A stretch of 64,000 nucleotides of DNA from Bispira polyomma (Eukaryota), in NCBI GenBank assembly GCA_965649765.1, contig OZ287750.1, positions 67,580,001 through 67,644,000 on the forward strand. Direction: 5' to 3'. A program made the position numbers and the translations under genes. Numbering within the stretch: the first letter of the stretch is position 1; every line of letters starts with the position of its first letter. Shown here one piece after another: positions 27,376 to 40,557 of the stretch. The notes below the pieces were generated by a model. The model did no database searches, was not told the origin of the DNA, and saw only the letters and a list, made by a program, of their open reading frames with translations.

Positions 27376-28077
27376 GGGGCCGTATTCACTAACAGACTTA
27401 GCCAAGTCTTAGGCTTAAAGTTAAGATTTTTGTGTTAACTTTTGGGGAAAAAAGACTTAGACAAAAGTCTTAGTCTTAGCGGTATTCACAAAGCAGCTAA
27501 GTCTAAGTTTTAGCTTAGCCAAGGGCTTAACTTTAAGACAGGTAGGGAGTGGGCTTAACTTTATAGTAAAAAGTCTCAGAGTTTTCACACAACTTTTACA
27601 AATAAAACATTGCAAATTTGCAGTCCATAACAAACTATAAATGTTTAACTTTGATATTATGATATCAAATAGCAAACAATTCTTACCGTAACCTTTGATG
27701 AGTCAAACAAAAAGTAGTATAATTCCTAACATATTTTGAATCATATATTCTTTGAAGGGGACTTAGCCAGTCTTAAGTCTAAGTCCAATGAAATAAAAGA
27801 ATTTCTTATTTAATGATGTTTTTTTACATTGGGAAGTTCATATAGGCCTAAATAATTATATAGTATATTAGTGTGTGTAAAAATCTAAATAATATTTTGT
27901 ATTATTGTAAATAGAACAATTTAAGTTTAAGACTTTTGTCTTACCATAGTCTTAGCTAAGTCACCTTTTGTGAATACCATTTTAAGACAAAACTTAGCTA
28001 AGACAAAAGTCTTAGATTTAAGACTGGGCTAAGCCTAAGGTTTGACTTAGTTTAAGACCGTTAGTGAATAGGGCCCC
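27376..28077. mobile_element. ~700-bp MITE, GGGGCC termini (PIF/Harbinger-like)
   Basis: ct|ggggccgtattcactaac ... gttagtgaatagggcccc|ag; inner pair ggtattcacaaa/tttgtgaatacc; many cttag/ctaag subterminal motifs. Confidence 0.85.
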
Positions 28078-30383
28078 AGGGAAGAGTGCATGAGTACAAC
28101 CAGGATTATGAGAGTCTATAAATAGATTAAATACTACTCTATAGGTGTACTAAATCAGACAACTAGGCACATTAAGATAAGCATGCTTACTGGTATTATG
28201 ATAGCAAAAGTTTATCTTTCAATGATAACTCCTCCATTTAGAACAGAAACAGATTGAACATTATTTTGATTAGCAGTGTTAGTACTTACTAAATACAATT
28301 TATATGTAGTTCTATAAACTTGATTTGGCACTTAAGGTACCACTAAACTTATATATTATGTTAACTGAAACAGTAAACCCCCCACACTGAGCCTCACTTA
28401 ATGTCATAACTTAATGCCATTACAATCAGATGTCAGAGTCTATGTCATCAGTATAGTGTGTTTATATATATAACCCTAAACCCCCCACACTGAGCCTCAC
28501 TTGATGTCATTACAATCAGATGTCATTACAATCAGAGTCTATGTCATCAGTGTGTTTTTCTAGGACACCTTTTGTATGTCTTTACTCCCCCGCATTGCTT
28601 CCATCAATGAAGGTATGTTGTCTTTGCCCAATCACCTCTGAACCTTTGTGGCTATAGGTTGTCATTTCCGGTAGTTTGTGTAATCATGCGGGTCAGAAAC
28701 GTAAGTCTATCATTCATAAACCATGCTGTCAAATGTCCATTACACCACCGAAATGTAATAACTACCATACCTATGGTGGATTGAATAAATAATAAAGCCA
28801 CTTATAAGGTTTAGGTTACGTCAGATAAACCAATTTGTGTTCATTTTTATACCTTTAAATTTGTTATGCCATGACAAAATCATTTTGTCATCACCATATT
28901 TGTCACCAAAATGACATGATTATCTCTTATTCCCACTGTAAATTAGTTTCAGAAGATTAAAATAATATTTTGTATCTTCATGGCTATGTCTTTTTTTTCA
29001 ATGTACATAATTAAAATTCCTACCAATTTCGTAATGAGTTTAAACAGTATGTGTATTGTAAAGGTAAATACATGTACATGTCAATACAATTTGCACTTGC
29101 ATAATCAGTAGTATTCTCAAATATTGTAATTCTTTTGTTCCAATGAGTTTCATGTAATCAGTAAAACTGTGTAAGAGTATAAAGTAATGTATTAAGTTAG
29201 AATGTTTGTAAATATGCCCACATCTGATTAGTGGTGATCCTCACACGACATACATTTACAATGTAATTATTGTCCAAAACATTTTGTAATGAGTTATATT
29301 AGATTTAAAAAGATTTGCCTGCAAACTGATAATTATTTATTTTCTCGGTCTTAGAAATAATGAGAAAATGGAACCTGATCTGTGGCCTTTTGTGAGTCAT
29401 TGCAGGGATACTAAGATAGACATTGTAATTAGTCTGATGAAATGGGTGTACCCTGCCAACTAGACTTTGTGTAATTACATAAAGAGACAAGGTCAATAGA
29501 TAGCAGGTTAAGGTTACCTTAATCTGGTTTCACATCTATTATAGTAGTAAGATCAGTGAGGACATCTTTTGTTAATGTATCTAAGAGAGTAGATTTTGAT
29601 GAAGTACTTAATACTGTTTTCTTTAAAGAATCATGTAAATGAAGACATAGCACTCAAGTCTTCTGTATTCTTGTGAAACAGCACTTGTTTAAGGTTGATA
29701 ATATATATAGTAGTCTGTTTGGGAAGCTTACTATTTCTTTAAATTTATTTATAACCTATTTAGGCATCTAGACTTCTGAAGTAATACAATGTCCCCAAAT
29801 ATTCACTCTTGGTATAACTATATTGCCATACAACAAAAGTTTAGAATTTCATTAAATATATGCTAAATATGAACATTAGTCTGTGCTTTATTTGCAGATA
29901 ATTAAAAAAAAATATATGTACACAAGTAATATATTAAAATATTATTAAATCCTCAAAGCTTTAGTTTTAAGATCCTTAACATTTTATTGCACTATCATGA
30001 ATCCACACAACCAGTACACTTTAAGTGCACTTTATTTAATAGATCTGTCATAATGAAGTGATTTAAGTAGAGTTTTGTTGGTTCCATCATGTTGTGACTA
30101 ATTTGTTATGTTACCAATATGTGATTACAAATGTATAGAGTCAAACCTTTCAGCAGAACTCTGTCAGTCAAGTTCTCTTTACTGTTTATGTTGAAAACAC
30201 TTTCTCGCCCTACAAATGCCTTGTAATATCTACCCTGTGGAGATCCTGCTCTAGTTGAAATCATTCTTAAGTGGAGGTATTTCTCCTGATCCCTTGAGGT
30301 TTGATTCAAAGGGGTTTAACTGTAAACGAATAGGACAATTTATCACAGAGTTCCTAAAAGCTTTTTATTGTTTCTTTTCGCAG

Positions 30384-30583
30384 TCACAACACTGCTCAAG
30401 TGCCCAATCTAGTCGTTAACGTGAACCACACGTCACATGAGAGCAATCTAGTCATGGCTCGGGAAATCGACCACTACTTCCGTGAGGAGCTTATCTACAA
30501 ACGCAACCAGCGCATGGCCCACCGTATCAGCCGTCTACTCAGGAATCACCCAAATCAAAGCTTCTTCTTTGCCTTTGGAGCAG
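30384..30583 (+). CDS. TRABD2: TIKI exon C
   Basis: Acceptor tttcttttcgcag|; SHNTAQVPNLVVNVNHTSHESNLVMAREIDHYFREELIYKRNQRMAHRISRLLRNHPNQSFFFAFGAG; donor cag|gtaaga; 200 nt, phase 2/1. Confidence 0.95.
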
Positions 30584-30780
30584 GTAAGACTTAACACAGC
30601 TTCATGTTTTATCTTCCACTTTAACCTAGTAACTCAGAGGACCTGGATTCAGTTCCATTTGGGGAATTCCCAGGCACTTACAAACACCTATCTCCAATTA
30701 AAGACTAGTGCACTTCTCCACAAGTACCATTTTCGCCAAACCATTTACAATTTGCTATAGTGATTTGTTTCCTCCTTATA

Positions 30781-31810
30781 GATAAATAGATAGATAGATA
30801 AATTTTTTATTATACTGACACAATGCTTTACAAATATATTTTACAAAATACAATGGTTAAAAAAACATAGCACTCAGCCAAAAAGGCTTATAAGTCAGCT
30901 TTACAATCAAATACAAATTTATACGTGTGTGAATACCTTAACAAATCAACATGATCAAAAGTAGCAGTAGGAGTACCACATTATCAGATTAAATACTTTT
31001 TGTAAACAATTTAGATTTTCTTAATTCCCAATTACCGCATAAAAATTTAGCAAATTTGTTCAGATTTAGATTACTAAAAGACATCACCTTATTCATTATT
31101 CTTTGGAAATTAGATGAGAGAAATCAACATTAACATGTTCCCTTATATAGTCAAAGAAATTTTTGCTGTTATAATTATACAATGGGCAATCAATAAGAAA
31201 GTATTGTTTGTCTTCCACAATTCCCAAATCGCAGAATGTACATGTTCTACTTGATAACTCTTTTTTCTTGTATCTACCCATCTTCACTGCTAGCTTAAGT
31301 GTTCCTGATCTTAACTGGACAATGAGAGACCTTCAACATCTTTTAAGATTCTGTGACACCTACTGTTTCGTTTCCAGGTGACTTTATTATTTTGAATATA
31401 TTCTTAATTTTGGTTTGGTTACTAAACTTTCTTGCCAGTCACAATTATTCAAAACAGTTTTTTTCGCATACTCCAAGTCAACAGCTTTTCCTAAAAATAA
31501 ATTTTCCTGCAGATTCAATTCAGTCAATATTTTTTCTATGTCGCCACACCAACTGTTATTAGAGATATTCTGTAAATCAAATTCAAAAATGTTGTATGTC
31601 AGTCTCTCATTGTCCGTTTTAACTGGTCTATTATAGAATTTAATGACATTAAGATACATGTGTATCTTCTATATTTAGGTTGTAGCCATCCCATGTCCCC
31701 ATGTAAAAAATCAAGTGCAGTTTTGAGATGAACACCTAGAAAGTGGCGAATTGCTCTGTTTTGGATTTTATCCTTATATTTTGTTTTAATATATAACTGT
31801 CTCCACACAC
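30781..31810 (-). mobile_element. 5'-truncated, frameshifted non-LTR retrotransposon (ORF2 C-terminus; RTE-X/CR1-group-like)
   Basis: Minus-strand fragments KIQNRAIRHFLGVH...LHGDMGW, KPKLRIY and MGRY...RTCTFCDLGIVEDKQYFLIDCPLY (LINE C-terminal Cys motif); 3' tail aataaa + (tcta)n. Confidence 0.85.
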
Positions 31811-32339
31811 ACAAACACACTGTACTATTTACGATTGCGATAGTTTTTGCTCCTGGAACGGAAATTTTTGCATTGTACAGAAAAATTGCCCAGAGGTGGT
31901 GTCATAAGCAATAATAAATCTATTAAAAGTCTTGAAAGACAATACCAAATTGTACAGAAAAATTGCCCAGAAGTGGTGTCATAAGCAATAATAAATCTAT
32001 TAAAAGTTTTCAAAGCCAATACTAAATTACAATATTTATCGCAAATAGTACAATCGTACATCGCCAGATGGTACTTATGTAGACGTACACTCAAGAACCT
32101 TTGGGATGTTGATATTCCTCAAACCTCTGTCCATGTTTATAACATATCAAACCTTAAGCTAGTCTAAAATGTAACTAATAAGGGATTTAGATGTTTATTT
32201 ATTGTAGTATATTTTTGAAAACTTTAAAAAGTACTGTGTAAGTGAGCGTTTCCTTGCAGGCAACTTTCTGAGGCGACCAGCCGACGTCAATTCCGTTATG
32301 AAGTGTTTAACAATTCTATCAGTTTCATTGAGTTATTAC

Positions 32340-32579
32340 CAGTGTTTCCATGTGACCAATGCCGACAGGCCGCATGCAGGCAATGCCAGGCGATTTTTTT
32401 GGTACCAGGAGCGAAAAAAATCGCCTATCGCCTTGTAAACATTGCTTTTTTTTTAAAACTTGATACATAATTTCCTTCTAAAATTGGCTGTACAATTGCT
32501 TGTGTGTAAACGCAAAATTGTGGATTGCCGTCGGCCGCTGCCTGATTGCCCATTGGCAATTGCTGACATGGAAACACAG
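32340..32579. mobile_element. Small TIR element (hAT-like CAG terminus)
   Basis: cagtgtttccatgt ... acatggaaacacag; CpG-rich interior; no clear TSD. Confidence 0.6.
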
Positions 32580-34664
32580 ACTAAGTCCTAAGCTCAAATC
32601 ATTACCAGAAAACCATCTGTGGTTGGAAGGTATGACTTACAAGATGCAATGTAACATCACAGATTAGTTTCTTTTTTACTCAAAGTGATATCTGCCATGT
32701 ATCTTGAATAAAAGGTGTTTATTCTATTAACTATAATTTTCACTGGTTATTCTGTTGTGTTTGCTATTATTAGGTTCAAACTTTTACCAAAATCTCTATG
32801 GCAATGCTGAACACAAAAATACCAAATTGCAGCTTACTTTAGAGGAACTTCATCACAAATGCTTCCTGGCACTACCTTTAACTTGGAAAGTGTGGCAATC
32901 ACTAAAAATACTGTCTTAAATGTGCCAATTATGACAGGGTATTGTGTGTATGCAACTAATTCGCATTACCCAAGTCAGTTTAAAGATAAATTGCTACAAT
33001 ATTTACCAACAAACTAGTAAGGTATTTGTACTGTACATTTGTATTTCTAAATTTATTGATAGACTCCTATGATAAAGAAACAAAATTATCATTATGTATT
33101 GCCCATGAACCCCCCCCCCCCCCCCCCCCCCAAGAAAATTGTTGCCATTCTGGTGTAATTACTGTCTAAACCAGCATCCTGTGTGCCCCTAATAGCTCTC
33201 TTACCTTCCTTTTTCATTTCCTATCATATCAGAACTTCACCATTAGTTTGTCATAATTAGATGTCTTTAGAAAACCAACAATCACGCTACCTTGAGACAG
33301 ACCCCCAAAGGCAAATGCTTTTGTCTTGAATTTTGATTGACATATTCCAGGTATGTGTCACATAGTCCTTTTTGCCATGCGTTGTGACTCTTTTTAAATG
33401 GCAGTCTTTTGATACAATTAACATGTGTGTCAACACACAACCTACTGAGTAGAAGAAATACACAAATACAGAGCTCTTTAGTCAATGCCCATTTTGTGTA
33501 AAGGTGACATGCTAGTCCTAACATGGTCCTTGTGATAAGGATTTACTCTATAAGTCAAAGTGTTAGTTAAGGTGCGGCCTAACAAATGCTTCCCTAAGAT
33601 CACACTTAACAGGGTTAAACTGTAGCACATATTTGCTATGATCATTAGTCATTTTTTCAATAAAGAATTTCTGTAGATAATAATTCTAATTTGATCATCT
33701 CAGACTCTTCTTATAGTCTTTGACATGAAACATTGAACAAGTTTAATTATAGAATTATGAAATATCTGTAATTTACCACCAAGTTCATTATAATAGTTAT
33801 TTTTAACACTGACAAAAGACAAACACATTTCTGACTGTTGCACCACAATAACATGTTACTCTGTAATTAGACTTGCGATGGTAAAACCGGAAAGGGTCAG
33901 GTAGCCCAGACTGTGACTATTATAGGTAAATGTTTACTGTCAGCCTGTCAGTAGGTACAGCCTTTTTGTTAAATGATTTTTGGTATAAAGTCTAGATATC
34001 AAAGAGTTTTCCTTAAGACTGTCATCAGCAAGAACAAGTGCACCATTGGAGAAATCAAAGCCCATTGTGGGGTTCATGTTTGGACTTGAGCTAACTTTAT
34101 AAATGAGTTAAAGATTGGTTGGTCAAAGTGCATAAACTTTCCTTTCATCTCTTAGAGAATATGTCAGGAAGAAAAAACACAAGAAACCACAGGAACACAA
34201 TGTGTGAAGTATACATGAGCTTTGAGGAAGTGTTGGTGGAGACTTCTGGGAGGGTTGTTACAAGTATGACACTGTACTGAGGTGAAGCAGGGCTTTGTAG
34301 AGGGCTTCTGTGACCAGGATATGGTCAAAGACACACAGATCAGCCAGTGTAGTACTGAATCACTACACCTTGAGAAGCTCTTAGAGGGAGACATCCACAC
34401 ACTGACTAAACACCCAGATGCTGTGTAATGGTGTTTGGCCAGCAAACACTCCAGCAACATTGAAACAATTCCCTTAGAGAAGTCCTACCTTAACTGTGGC
34501 CTTACCTAAGGCGCCATTATCTGGTAAATTCCCTTGAGAATTCACACTCGAACTGTGGCCTTGATTGGTGCCCTATTATATGGTGGATTTTTATTGGAGA
34601 AGTCTTTCTTAAACTGTGAGCTTGACTGAGGCTCCAATATATGGTTTAGTTCAGGTTATGTTCA

Positions 34665-35220
34665 TTATGTTCATTCAGTGTGTCTACAGTTATAAGTTTG
34701 ACAGGTGGTTACTTCTGATTAGAGCCTTAGTCCAGGTATAAGTTTGACAGGTGGTTACCTCTGATTAGAGCCTTAGTCCAGGTATAAGTTTGACAGGTGA
34801 TTACTTCTGATTAGAGCCTTAGTCCAGGTAAAAGACTAATGTTCATTCAGTGTGTCTACAGTAGGTATAAGTTTGACAGGTGGTTACTTCTGATTAGAGC
34901 CTTAGTCCAGGTATAAGTTTGACAGGTGATTACTTCTGATTAGAGCCTTAGTCCAGGTAAAAGACTAATGTTCATTCAGTGTGTCTACAGTAGGTATAAG
35001 TTTGACAGGTGGTTACTTCTGATTAGAGCCTTTGTCCAGGTATAAGTTTGACAGGTGATTACTTCTGATTAGAGCCTTAGTCCAGGTAAAAGACTAATGT
35101 TCATTCAGTGTGTCTACAGTAGGCATAAGTTTGACAGGTGATTACTTTTGATTAGAGCCTTAGTCCAGGTATAAGACTAATGTTCATTCAGTGTGTCTAC
35201 AGTAGGGATGAGTTTGACAC
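34665..35220. repeat. Higher-order minisatellite (46-nt units plus 37-nt spacers)
   Basis: Unit gtataagtttgacaggtggttacttctgattagagccttagtccag; spacer gtaaaagactaatgttcattcagtgtgtctacagtag. Confidence 0.93.
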
Positions 35221-36427
35221 AGTGTGGCCCTCTGTTTTATTGCTTTGACTTTGGGTTTGTCCTCAAGGTTATTTTGGTTGCAGTGACTTCTGAACTGAGT
35301 GCGTGCAAGCCGAGACCTCTCTACTGTGTCTTCAAGTGCTCCTCACTTTGTCCTTGTGATTCTCTCATTATTCACCACCTTTTTTGACTAAAGTTGGAGA
35401 CATAGGTTTACATTTCAAATACTTGGCAAATGTTTCCATGTTTTGAACTTAATCGCTGAAATTGAGCGCCTTTTTAAGTTTAAATTTGAATGTTTTGGGA
35501 GGTCAAAAAGTGACATTAATAATATTTATATGGTAAATACACACCCAGACACACACACCTTTATGTACTTTAAAATGTAACATGTTGGATGACACAGATT
35601 ACAAAAAACGAAAGCTCTTGAGTCTGTTAAAGTTCCTGAAAATCACAAAAATTAGTGCATAGTCTTTCGTAGGTTCTATTAAGTTATACAATCCATGAGT
35701 AATCGAAAAAGTGGAAGCCAAGCAAATCTTAGTGAAAAAAACCCCAAACTCCTATGAAGTAGAAATTCATTATAATAGAGAACTGTTGTTTATTTCTTAG
35801 CTTGGTTTTTCACATTCTCCACATTATACAAACCAATTGCTTCTCTTCTCACAAGTTATTCTCTACCATGAGGTGTTCAGATAACAGAAAAGTCACACTT
35901 TTTGCCATTCTGTTTTAGATGTGGTGAGTGGATATCGGCTAATTTAACTTTGGAGAGTTCTTTATAGAAGTTCTGAAGAGTACAAAATACAAAGTTGTCC
36001 CAATGTAATCATCATTAATGTTATGTTACATAGGGATGACAAAAAAGTCACTTTAAGACAATTACTTTAAGAAAATATAAAATGTGAAACCTCTATGAGG
36101 ATGATATAACATTTACATTATGCATGAATGGGCCCATATTTCTTTGATATCCTTCTGGTATATTCTCTGTATCCAAACAGCATATGTAGTTTATCTGGTA
36201 AAGCCCAAATGTCAGCTTTAATCATACCATCTGAGATCAAACTACAGTCCACACAATATGTACATCATAATATTGCCTACAAAAAACTTTCCATACAAAC
36301 TACTGCTGGATAGTTTCAGGAATAAATTGATTGTAATGAGATTATGTACATGCTCATTTGATTTGTACTGTTGAGATCCTTGATGTACAGTTGTATACAC
36401 ATATACATGGTAGAGGAGATGGTCTGA

Positions 36428-37185
36428 AGACTGGTGGTTGAGGGAGGGGTACACTCCTTTGATCTTATCCAACTCTTCAGACCGGTGGTTGAGGGAGGGG
36501 TAGACTCCTTTGATCTTATCCAACTCTTCAGACCGGTGGTTGAGGGAGGGGTAGACTCCTTTGATCTCATCCAACTCTTCAGACCGGTGGTTGAGGGAGG
36601 GGTAGACTCCTTTGATCTCATCCAACTCTTCAGACCGATGGTTGAGGGAGGGGTAGACCCCTTTGATCTTATCCAAATCTTCAGACCAATGGTTGAGGGA
36701 GGGGTACACTCCTTTGATCTTATCCAACTCTTCAGACCGGTGGTTGAGGGAGGGGTAGACCCCTTTGATCTTATCCAACTCTTCAGACCGGTGGTTGAGG
36801 GAGGGGTAGACCCCTTTGATCTCATCCAACTCTTCAGACCGGTGGTTGAGGGAGGAGTAGACCCCTTTGATCTCATCCAACTCTTCAGACCTGTGGTTGA
36901 GGGAGGGGTAGACCCCTTTGATCTCATCCAACTCTTCAGACCGGTGGTTGAGGGAGGGGTAGACCCGTTTGATCTCATCCAACTCTTCAGACCGGTGGTT
37001 GAGGGAGAGGTAGACTCTTTGATCTCATCCAACTCTTCAGACCGGTGTTGAGAGAGGGGTAGACCCCTTTGATCTCATCCAACTCTTCAGACCGGTGGTT
37101 GAGGGAGGGGTAGACCCCTTTGATATCATCCAACTCTTCAGACCAGTGGTTGAGGGAGGGTTAGACCCCTTTGATCTCATCCAAC
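36428..37185. repeat. 51-nt minisatellite, ~15 copies
   Basis: Unit ttcagaccggtggttgagggaggggtagacccctttgatctcatccaactc. Confidence 0.97.
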
Positions 37186-38110
37186 ACACAACATAATCAC
37201 AGGTCAGGTGTCTATCTAGTTTAATGGGTTCAACAAATAAGCTGCTTCATTTAGCCAGGAGCCTAATCAAACTTATCTGTGGTGTACTGAGTCTTACTTA
37301 ACCTCAAACTTCACCAGGAATTTAAGGCTGGCACACTGCTTAACAGACTCTCTGCAATGTGGTAGATAAACTTGTCTCAATTACTGCTCTAACTTAGTGC
37401 ATCTAATGATAAATAGATATAAATGCATTGTTCATATGTTTTTTTGTTTTCTATTTGGTGACTACATCACTATATGTGGTTTTGTTTTTAAAGATACAGG
37501 AGCAGGGTGTGTTTATTGTTGAAGATGTTCAGGCCTGTTGGCAAAGCACTCCATGGCAGTCCTGTGTGGTGACAAAAAGCGAACCCTATCAAATAAACAC
37601 AAATATTTATTGTTCACTAGAACAAGTGTCAGTAAATAAGATTGGCTGTGCTTGTGTCAACTCACAGCCACCGTTTGTTCTTTACCGATACACTACCCTT
37701 AATAAAGTGTGGGAAGTGGTGTGGCCTCTAAAAGTCAGATGTACTTTGCATGAGGTTTTTTGTGTATTTTAATAAAGAAATCTCATACACTGCTACATAA
37801 GGTTTGACCAAGGATTATACATGTTTTCCACTGGTTTAATAAGTCTACATAAAACCTCTATTATGAAAACTTCAGTTATCAAAACACTTATACAAACTTT
37901 GGTCTTCCAAATTTTATGTTTGGCGGTTGATTTATTTTAAAATACTGTTCTATTTTATGAATCAAAGAAAATGAGTTTTGTTTTATTTTATAAGCTGGAT
38001 ATTTAACTGGGATATAACATGGATATATAAGTAGGATATAAGCTGGATATATAAGTGGGATATAAGCTGGATATATAAGTGGGTTATAAGGTGGATATAT
38101 AAGTGGGTTA

Positions 38111-38732
38111 TGTCCTGGTCACACCTACACGTTCTAGAGCTACGTTTGTGTCACGTTGTGTTCATTTTGAAAATGTTTTGAAACGTAGTAGAAAGTGAGG
38201 ATCCCTGGTGCATTCGTTCCGTGACGTTGATTAACAGATGGTATCGTTCCAGAAACGTCTCTGTTTCATCTTCTGTGTGTAATGTTTCAAACTGTTTGAA
38301 ACACTACAGTCACAGCTTCCATTTCTCCCCGTTTCTCTGTTCGTCCCCGAACGTTTCCGGAAGTAGCATAGATGTATCAGTAAGTAGCTATATGTAGTAG
38401 TAGGTAGCGAGGAAGTCCCAGTAAGTAGTGAGATCGTCTCCGTTAGTCGAGAAAGTTTCACTAAGTAGCAGAAGGCAGCAGAATGCAGCCATAAGTAGCA
38501 GTACATTAGCTCTACGTAGTAGTAGGTAGTGATATCCTACCAGTAAAGGGTCTGTTTTTTGCCCCCTCTTCGTGTGTACAAGTACCAACATCATCACAGA
38601 AGGTCATGAAACGTCACAATCGACTGCACCTTTATGGAAATGACGTCACTTTGATACAAAACTGCCACATTTTCAGTGTATATCACTTAGGTACGTTGGG
38701 GGACGTTAGCACGTGTAGGTGTGACCAGGCCA
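38111..38732. mobile_element. Non-autonomous PIF/Harbinger element with TTA TSD, inserted in a (taagctggata)-type low-complexity tract (37990-38850)
   Basis: tta|tgtcctggtcacacctacacgt ... acgtgtaggtgtgaccaggcca|tta; 19-bp perfect TIR core. Confidence 0.88.
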
Positions 38733-39411
38733 TTATAAGCTGGATATAAGCTACATATTTAAGTGGGATATAAACTACATATATAAGTGGGATATATAAC
38801 TGGGATATATAAGTTAGATATAAGATGGATATAAGCTAGAAATATAAGCTGTAAATGTTTTCATCCTTTATCTTAACCTTACCTTTCTCAAAGAGAAGGA
38901 TTTCTTGTCCAGGACACTAATTTCCTGATTTTTAATGAATTGAGGTCTCATGCGGCATAGCATTTTTTAATGATTATTCCAATCCCAAACTATTTGCGGA
39001 GGTGTATCTGTGTCCGTCTCTTATCACAAGTAGCCTTCTGGATACAGTGTATATCATTGATATAAAGCTGTGATCATGTGAAGTAGATAGAGTATCTGTG
39101 ACCAGTAGAAGACATGGTAACTGTTACAATAAGAACTGTACAGAAAAGACTTCAGAAGCACTCCACACAAGTACTGATGCCTTTGAAGTGAACAAAGGGT
39201 GTCAGTTTTGTAACAGTTTACTAAAGGAGGCCATAACTTGCTACTTCAAGAGTCAGAAAAAAATATACAGGACTCTCACTGAAATACAGGATCTAGAAGA
39301 CCTTTAGACTTGATTTGTGTACCACAGAAGATTTTGATTTATGAGGATTTTGTTTTGGTGCAGACAATCAAACGATATATTACTATCACAGCCTTTCATT
39401 GTGGTCTCTAA

Positions 39412-39763
39412 TGGCCCATTCATATTGCAACCAATCTGGATATACGGATTCATTCGTTGGTTCTTATAAATTACCATAAACATTCACACTGCAACAAATC
39501 AGGATAATGATCTAGAAATTTGGTAGGGGTCAAAAGTTGCACAAATCTTTTTTCTAATTTTTTACACGAATTGTTGAGGGAGATAAATAAAAGCAAGTGG
39601 AAATGAAACAACATCATCTATAATATAAGAAAAAGAGTTATGTGTGCGCATGATTCGAGCAAATATTTTGGCTGTGTATGTACTGCAAGTGTATAAAATT
39701 CGGTTTTGTGTATATTGCCGAATTCTTTGATAAATACAGATTGGTTACAATGTGAATGGCCCA
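39412..39763. mobile_element. Harbinger-like MITE
   Basis: taa|tggcccattcatattgcaaccaatctg ... cagattggttacaatgtgaatggccca|tta (27-bp imperfect TIR, TWA flanks). Confidence 0.8.
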
Positions 39764-40202
39764 TTAAAGTTAAATAAGAAAATAGATATGTGGATCTACT
39801 TCTGATGGTTTTATTGTAGACAACACTCTGGTAGAATTACAGTATCACCTCTGTTATCCAAACTTCTATCATACAAATATTTAATTTTAAACTCAATTTT
39901 ACTGTTCGAAATGTATATTTTCCTATTGTTTCATCCTAAAATATTTCATTTATGTTATAAACCTTCTTTTATATAAACAAGGTGTTCCGATCATAAGTGG
40001 AAACCTGACCATTGTAGAGCAGTTTAAGGTGTTAACGCACCGTTCACATATTGACGGTATTGTAAGTGGTACTAGAAGGTACCGGAAGCTCTTCTAACTT
40101 GTCTTTCCTCCTATTACATATATAGAAAACAGATAAGAGTAGACTATGCTTGATTAATTAAAAGACACAGCAGCATGACAATATAGTTTGTTGTATTTCT
40201 AG

Positions 40203-40296
40203 GTCACTTTGTTGGTAATAACACAGTACTGGACATTCTAAAGGCCAAGAATTACCATGTGGTCAACACCCCAGTCAACCAGGAGGCTTACTTAGG
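40203..40296 (+). CDS. TRABD2: TIKI exon D (completes the GAGH metal-ligand motif)
   Basis: Acceptor ttgtatttctag|; GHFVGNNTVLDILKAKNYHVVNTPVNQEAYLG; donor agg|gtaggt; 94 nt, phase 1/2. Joins exon C to give FAFGAGHF. Confidence 0.92.
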
Positions 40297-40469
40297 GTAG
40301 GTGGCTAGTTTAACCAACACCTTAGTCAACCAGAAGGCTTACTTACGGTATGTGGCTAGTTTAACCAACACCTTAGTCAACCAGGAGGCTTACTTAGGGT
40401 ATGTGGCTAGTTTAACAAACACCCCAGTCAACCAGGAGGCTTACTTAGGGTTGGTAGTTGGTTTAACCA
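40264..40469 (+). repeat. 51-nt tandem array spanning the exon D donor (4 copies)
   Basis: Unit caacaccccagtcaaccaggaggcttacttagg|gtaggtggctagtttaac starts at 40264, 40315, 40366 and 40417. Confidence 0.95.
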
Positions 40470-40557
40470 GAAATTAGCCCCATTTGTGATCAAGTGTAAG
40501 ATTGCATATTTTGTACCAAATGACCTCTTATTACCAGAGCCAATTTTTACAGTTCGT

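Noticed and set aside
28375-28552. Small local duplications (also 15680-15765, 31872-32010, 46426-46482, 54047-54145)
   Set aside because: Ordinary two-copy slippage products not tied to any identifiable boundary.
33108-33131. Poly-C run (and G-run at 52245-52268)
   Set aside because: Simple homopolymers of unreliable length with no supporting context.
36242-37051. Three long ORFs (205-246 aa)
   Set aside because: By-product of a stop-free 51-nt minisatellite; no splice signals or recognisable domain.
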